40,803 nucleotides of DNA from Chlorokybus atmophyticus (taxonomy: Eukaryota > Plantae > Mesostigma and Chlorokybus algae): NCBI GenBank assembly GCA_009103225.1, contig RHPI01002272.1, positions 78,905 to 119,707 on the forward strand, written 5' to 3'. Positions within the stretch are counted from its first letter, which is position 1, and the number at the start of each line of letters is the position of its first letter. The notes beneath the pieces are model-generated. The model made no database searches. It was not told the DNA's origin and was given only the letters and a program-made list of their open reading frames with translations. Shown piece after piece: positions 35,042 to 40,803 of this stretch. The position numbers and the translations under genes were made by a program.

Positions 35042-35686
35042 TCATGAGTTCCCTTCGATGGCATTCAATTCGTCCAATGCGCGTTGTGTTGAAGATGGTG
35101 CAGCAGTTCTGTTATGTTTCTCATACTGCAGCTCCAAGAACGTGTAGTACTCTGGCCGATTGTCTGCCTCAAGGTAATGTCGATTGCCAACAGGCCACTG
35201 CTTCCACAGCTCGAGCCGATAGTAGTTGGCAATGTCAATCGGCTCAACCATCAGGCGGAAAGTGTCGCCTCTTGCACACCAGAGATTGGACTTGTTGAAA
35301 AAGAAAGCAGGCAACATGCCTTCCATGTAACGATTGTATGCTGAACGCCAGAAGTCCCATAGAACCCTGTCATGTCAGGTTGGTCACCGCATGATGTGGA
35401 GGTCATACCAGTACTTAGCAAGCCGTAAACTGCATTGAACTCAAACTGCAATGCATGTCGTCTGACCTGCATGCGTGTTTGACTGATTTCAAGCGCTCTG
35501 CTTGCGAGCTGTCATCACCGTCACGATATGCTCTGAAGTCGGCGTAGTAGTCTGCAGAAGTCTGCGCAAAGGCTTGTATCGTTTCCATGGCAGCTTGTAC
35601 CTCGTTGCGCAACTTGTCAGTAAATTCTGTTTCATGTTTTCGCTGCTCGGCAATACGCGAACCGCCTACTGTCGGTGATTCCAAAG
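35042..35686 (-). pseudogene. EP-domain exons of NLR2
   Basis: EVQAAMETIQAF...YYADFRAY...KHACR|VLWDFWRSAYNRYMEGMLPAFFF...GDTFRLMVEPIDIANYYRLELWKQWPVGNRHYLEADNRPEYY; intron 35466-35367. Confidence 0.87.
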
Positions 35687-38600
35687 CTGCAAGGGTAAAT
35701 GCATTGAGATTACGCGTGTCATGTGGTAGGTCAACCCTGCATGTCAGATGCCAATCAGGCCGCAATGCAAACCTGGGCTGCATGGGCTGCATGAAGGGCG
35801 GCTTCTGCTGCTCGGTGATACGCGAACCGCCCACTGTCGGTGACTCTGAAGCGCTGCAAAGGTAAATACACTGAGACTACGCATGTCATGTGGTAGATCA
35901 ACACTGCACGCTGAATGCCAATCAGGCCGCAATGCAAACCTGGGCTGCATGAAGGGCTGAACACTTCCCAAGTGTTTGACGAGGGTGTCGTACCCAACCC
36001 AGGTTCCCTATTGCACGCAGAACCAGAAGACCCGCGGAATTACTTAAGCACACATCATTTAAAACTATTTTGACTAGGTGCATGCTGCAAGGTCTCGCTC
36101 GTTCATTGAGAAGTGTGCACAGCTTGGAGCAAATGCACTACACTCTTTGTAGTGTTTGAAACTTGCCTGCTGATCGCCAAGGGTAAAGCAGTTAAAATTT
36201 CCGGATCTGTGCAGGTACGTGCTTTCTGTCTCCAGGGGCCTGGAAGACGACTGGAACCAACCAGCCAGAGCGGTTCTGCTCTTCGTAGACCTTGGTTAGT
36301 ATGTTCGTGTACTCGTCGTGCGTTCCTGCTCCCAATCTGTCAGCTGCAGTCGGCGTTTTCAGTGAAACCGTTCGTAATGCTCGTCACAAGCAACGATCAC
36401 CTGCAATGTCACGAGTACAACCAGCAAACCGATCAATGCATGGCTGTTGTGCAGGCGTGCCTGCTGACGGCATGAGATGCGAGAAGTTGGGATTGTCTGA
36501 TGACGGCGACCACGCGCAAGGTGTTCTACACTTTGGAGACGATGTGACAACAAGTACCTTTGTGCCATCGTTTGAACATTTGACCAATAAGAATCGGCCA
36601 TGACTGGTTTCCAATTTTGTAGTCGACAATGACGTCTATATTGTCTTGTTGCAGTTGCTCAGCAAGCCTCCGCACACGCTCTGCATGATGCTTGTCAAAC
36701 TGGCAGTAGCTGATAAACACAGTCAACTTGGCCTCTGACGCCGCGGACGCTGCCTTTGTAGCCTCTTGTCCCTGTCCGCTATGTGCCACAGCACATGCAA
36801 ATAACCATAAGCATGGTACCTGTAGTACAACACCTGCCGCACATGGCATGTGTGCATGATTTGCAACGAAAGCTATAGCAAAACTTACGCAATAGCAGCA
36901 TGGTTGACAGCCGCTGCCGCCTCCACCTCCGCCTTCGTCTCCCGCAGGTGCTGCTGCAGCACAGCAACAACAGCAGGATCCAACATACTGCAAGATTTTG
37001 GCAGTGCCTTCAAGTGGGAGCACCCGTCCAGTTTCAGCTTTCGCAGTGCAGAGAGCTTGCCAAAGGACTCCGGCAGCACCGCCAAACTGTCGCACCAGCT
37101 TAGGTCCAGCTCACGCAGAGCAGTGAGCTTGCTGAAGGACTCTCCCAGCACTGCCAAGCGGTCGCACGCGCTCAGATTCAGCGTTTGCAGATTGTTCAAC
37201 TCGCCGAGGGACTCCCGCAGTGCCTCTAGGCTGCCGCAATAGCTCAAGTCAAGCGTTTGCAGGGCAACGAGACTACCAAAGGACTCCGGCAGCTCCGCCA
37301 AACTGTTGCAATTGGTCAGGTCCAGCATCTGCAGGGCAGTGAGTTTGCCAAAGTACTTTGGCAATGCCGCCAATCTTTCGCAACTTCTCAGGTCCAGCGT
37401 TTGCAGCATAGCGAGGTTGCCAAAGGATTCCGGCAGCTTCACCAAGCTGAGGCTATTGCTCAGGTCTAGCATTTGCAGCATAGCGAGGTTGCCAAAGGAC
37501 TCCGGCAGCTTCGCCAAGCTGTTGCACTTGCTCAGGTCCAGCATTTACAGGGCAGGTTGCCAAAGGACTCCGGCAGTGCCGCCAGGCTGCCGCAATAGCT
37601 CAAGTCAAGCGTTTGCAGGGCCACGAGACTACCAAAGGACTTCGGCAGCTCCTCCAAGCTGAGGCATTACCTTAAGTCCAATTCCTGAAGGTGCATGAGA
37701 TCTCCTACAGACTCGGGTAGCTTGTGCGAACCGGTTCTAGAGAAAACTAGAGTCTGTAGCATAGCGAGCCCGCCAAGCGCTTCAGGCACATTCATCAGAG
37801 GTTCACAGCCCCGCAGCACCAGGATTTGCAGCGCCTTGAGGTTCCCAATGGACTCAGTCGCCACCATTGAGACATCAACATGAACGATTTTTTCTACAAT
37901 TAGAACCACTAATGTAGTGCACGCAGCGGCATTATACAAGAAACTGCTCAAGGCGGAACAGCGTGGACGTCTCCACTCGAGATAGACCAGCTCTCTACGG
38001 ACCCTATTGGGAGCGTGAAGTGTGCCATCCCAATCAGTTGTGCCAAGGTCTAGCATGCGGAGGCGAGGCATGAAGGCCATGCCACGTAATGTTTCGCTCC
38101 AGTTGAGTCCAGCCCAGGACACAGTCTCGGCTTGTTCAGAGCCCTGCATACAACAACAGCATGCCTAAGATCAGCAGTTCTCACGCGCTCACTTCCAACA
38201 GCCATGCTGTCACATACTCCTGAAACACCGTGGGTTGCACATTTTTGCTGGACCCATGCATGCAACCTTCACAAGCCAGTCAAAAGGACATGAGATGAAG
38301 GAACCAAGGTGGAACGTGGCATACATGCACCTCTTGAAGTAATGTGCTCGATTCCTTTGGCAACCAGATGTGCTTGGGCGGGTTGGCTCGACTGGCAATC
38401 ATTCGCCCCATGTCGCGAAGTTGGCCATGTATCGAAAAGCAGATATTGCCTTGTGCACCCAATGAGAATGGCTTGTACTGGTCTTGTCTCCATACCAAGC
38501 GAATAAGGGACAATTCCACCAGGGTATTCACTTATAGTGCCGCGCCCTTGCCGCACGCTGGAAGCAGAAACTTTTCATTTTTCCCAAATGCGAAGCAGCA

Positions 38601-40479
38601 GATGTCCAGAAACACTCGCTGATAAGTGGGCTCTAGGTAATTGTAGCTGAGCTCGAGCGTTTTCCACAACCGGTTATCCTTGGTACCTTCAAGCCCCTCT
38701 GCCTTTTGCAATTGATCCAGTGCGTCTTTCCAAAACTGCACATCACTGTTGCTGCTGCGCTTGTGAAGAAAGGATCCCACGACCTCGAGCGCGAGTGGCA
38801 GGCCTTGACACGCCTGGATAATATCGTTGGCGATTGGCTCCAACTCCACAGGCACGGTAAGCAATTTGCCAGGTTCAGTGAAGGCATAATTGTTGAAAAG
38901 TTCTCTAGCCGGCTGATCGTCGAGCAGCAGCACCTCCTCCACCAATGTATGCTTCACATGCCCCTTCAATAACTGGTGATTACGAGAGGTCACCAGCACA
39001 CGACTGCCTAACAACACGATATTGAGTCAGTCGTGTAGTGTCAGCCTTATTGTGTCAGTCTCACTGTGTAGGCAATGATCCACTGGTAATGTGCCTTACC
39101 GGTACCCAGCAGAGGGCTGTCTCCCCAAAAATTGCAACAACCGAGGAGGGCTTCTTTCTGATCCTCGCTCCAGACGTCATCAACAAAAAGCAGCACCTTC
39201 TGCCCTTGCAAGCGGTTCTTGAGAATTGCCATTCCATGAATGGAGGTCAATGCCTCTACAGGCTCACTCCCCAGCTTTTTGAAGCATTTGTTGTTGCAGC
39301 TGTACCAGCTTCCCGTTCTCTTTACATGCATCTTTTTCGACCTCTACAAAGCAGCAGCTGCCTGAAAATTTGCTGTACAGGCTGTTGTAAACTGCTATTG
39401 CAAGTGCAGTCTTTCCGATACCGCCCATGCCATGAAGACCCAGCATGATGACCTTGCTTCCAGCGGCAGCAGCATTCAACTTGTTGAGTACAGCTTCAAC
39501 GCGCCTGTCAATGTCCACTGGATGTTTGGCGACTTCCAAGCGGGGGGGTAGCCTTCTCAGCACGCCTGACACCACTGCATCTACTAAAGCAGTCCTGGTA
39601 CTGCCAACAAAGAGCAGATGTTGAAAACATTGCCGCAATCATGATGACAACGGCATCACAACACGAACCAGTGACAACCCAACTCACGGTTATTGATTGA
39701 CCCTCCAGCCCGGTCTGTTAAACGCCTCCTCTACCGCCGTGCGATATTCAAGTTTGTTTTGGACGTATAGGGTCTCACCGCGCTGGCATGCGCTGAAAAC
39801 ACACAACATGCTGGTCATGATGGAAATCCTGCTGATTGCTGGCGAGTCTAGGAGAAAAGGTAAACTATACTGCCAGTACAGTGTACCCACCTGTGAATAC
39901 TTTCCAGGATTATGGCTTTGAGATCGTCAAAGTCATCATAGAAGATAGGCATGATTTGATGTTTCCTGGACTCTCCAACATAATGCGCAGCTCCTCTAGG
40001 CAGTAGCAGGATTTCCCGTATCGACGAGAAAGGACAGGCATCTTGATGCGAGCGGACCGCACATTGGCAATGATGACATCCCAAGCTCCGTTGGTTTCCC
40101 CGGGCTGCAAGCTGAGCTCGTCCACGAAGCAGGTGATTCCAACTCTGTCAAGCATGCGATGCAGATAGTCAACAAGATTGTTCTTGACGTCAGGCCCTCT
40201 ATGGCTCAGGAAAACGTCGCAGGGAGAGTGAGGGATAGTCTTTGACAGCGGCATATTGTCTCCGTCTGCAACACGCAAGTTGACTGGTCAGTGGGCTCAT
40301 GGAGCATTATTTGCTGGAGGGAAATGCCGTCTGGCGATCAGCTGGTGAATAAGGGAGCTGCACAGGATCGATACAAACCGCAACGCACACCAACATGTCA
40401 AGCACATTTGAGTAGTAGTCGTAGTGTTGGTCAACAACCTACCGTTGAGGTTTGCATTGGGGGCCAAAGGTTTGTTCAT
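35042..40479 (-). pseudogene. Paralogous TIR-NB-ARC-LRR-SEFIR-EP NLR pseudogene (NLR2)
   Basis: Same exon order and splice sites as NLR1. Lesions: +2 frameshift near 39955, TAA at 39690-39692, +1 frameshift near 39278, AAA>TAA at 38532-38534, a stop at 37667-37669 followed by frameshifts, indels in the SEFIR exons (near 36570, 36362 and 36195), and a 2-bp loss at the EP exon 1 acceptor (near 35686). Confidence 0.9.
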
Positions 40480-40803
40480 TACGACCTGCAGCCAGCTCCT
40501 CCTCCTTGCTGGCCTGCAGCGGGACAAACCGAATTGTCATGAGCTTGAGACGCCTGTAACGCACAGTGACATGCAACCATATACATATACATATACATAT
40601 ACACCATCATTCGATTGGAGTCACTAGGTGTTTGCCAGCAGAGTGCAATATATTGCACACTGATGACAAGAAGTGTGTGCGCACACTGCATGCATGTGGT
40701 TTCCAAGCAAGTCGCTAGCCAGAATTCCCATCCGCGAATGCCAAGCAAGCCCAAAAGTAATTGTACTGAGTACCAAACACGGTTGCAGGTGAGTTCGACT
40801 CTC

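Overview
Eukaryotic, intron-rich DNA with many microsatellites and two large N gaps. It is plant-like, probably a streptophyte alga or other non-seed plant; this is inferred from motif style, a telo-box and a plant-type UGlyAH, and is not established. The window is a rearranged NLR immune-receptor cluster. The main result is an apparently intact 10-exon minus-strand gene (15819-10842, about 1296 aa by my splice model, all intron phases consistent) with the architecture TIR - NB-ARC - LRR - SEFIR-type TIR-like domain - EDS1/PAD4 'EP' domain. The EP domain is normally known only from seed-plant EDS1-family proteins, downstream of a lipase-like domain. A pseudogenised paralogue with the same architecture lies at 40479-35042. 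The intact gene sits between two inverted repeat arms (about 1-8950 and 18972-26250). Each arm carries (i) a multi-exon Fpg/Nei-like DNA glycosylase gene with Lys-rich repeats and a PHD/CW-like Cys/His motif, and (ii) the 3' end of a second NLR type in which LRRs lead directly into a more divergent EP-like domain. Also present: a TIR-only pseudogene, a SEFIR relic, a truncated ureidoglycine aminohydrolase gene and several unidentified coding-like exons. All domain calls come from motif recognition by eye; no database or HMM searches were run.
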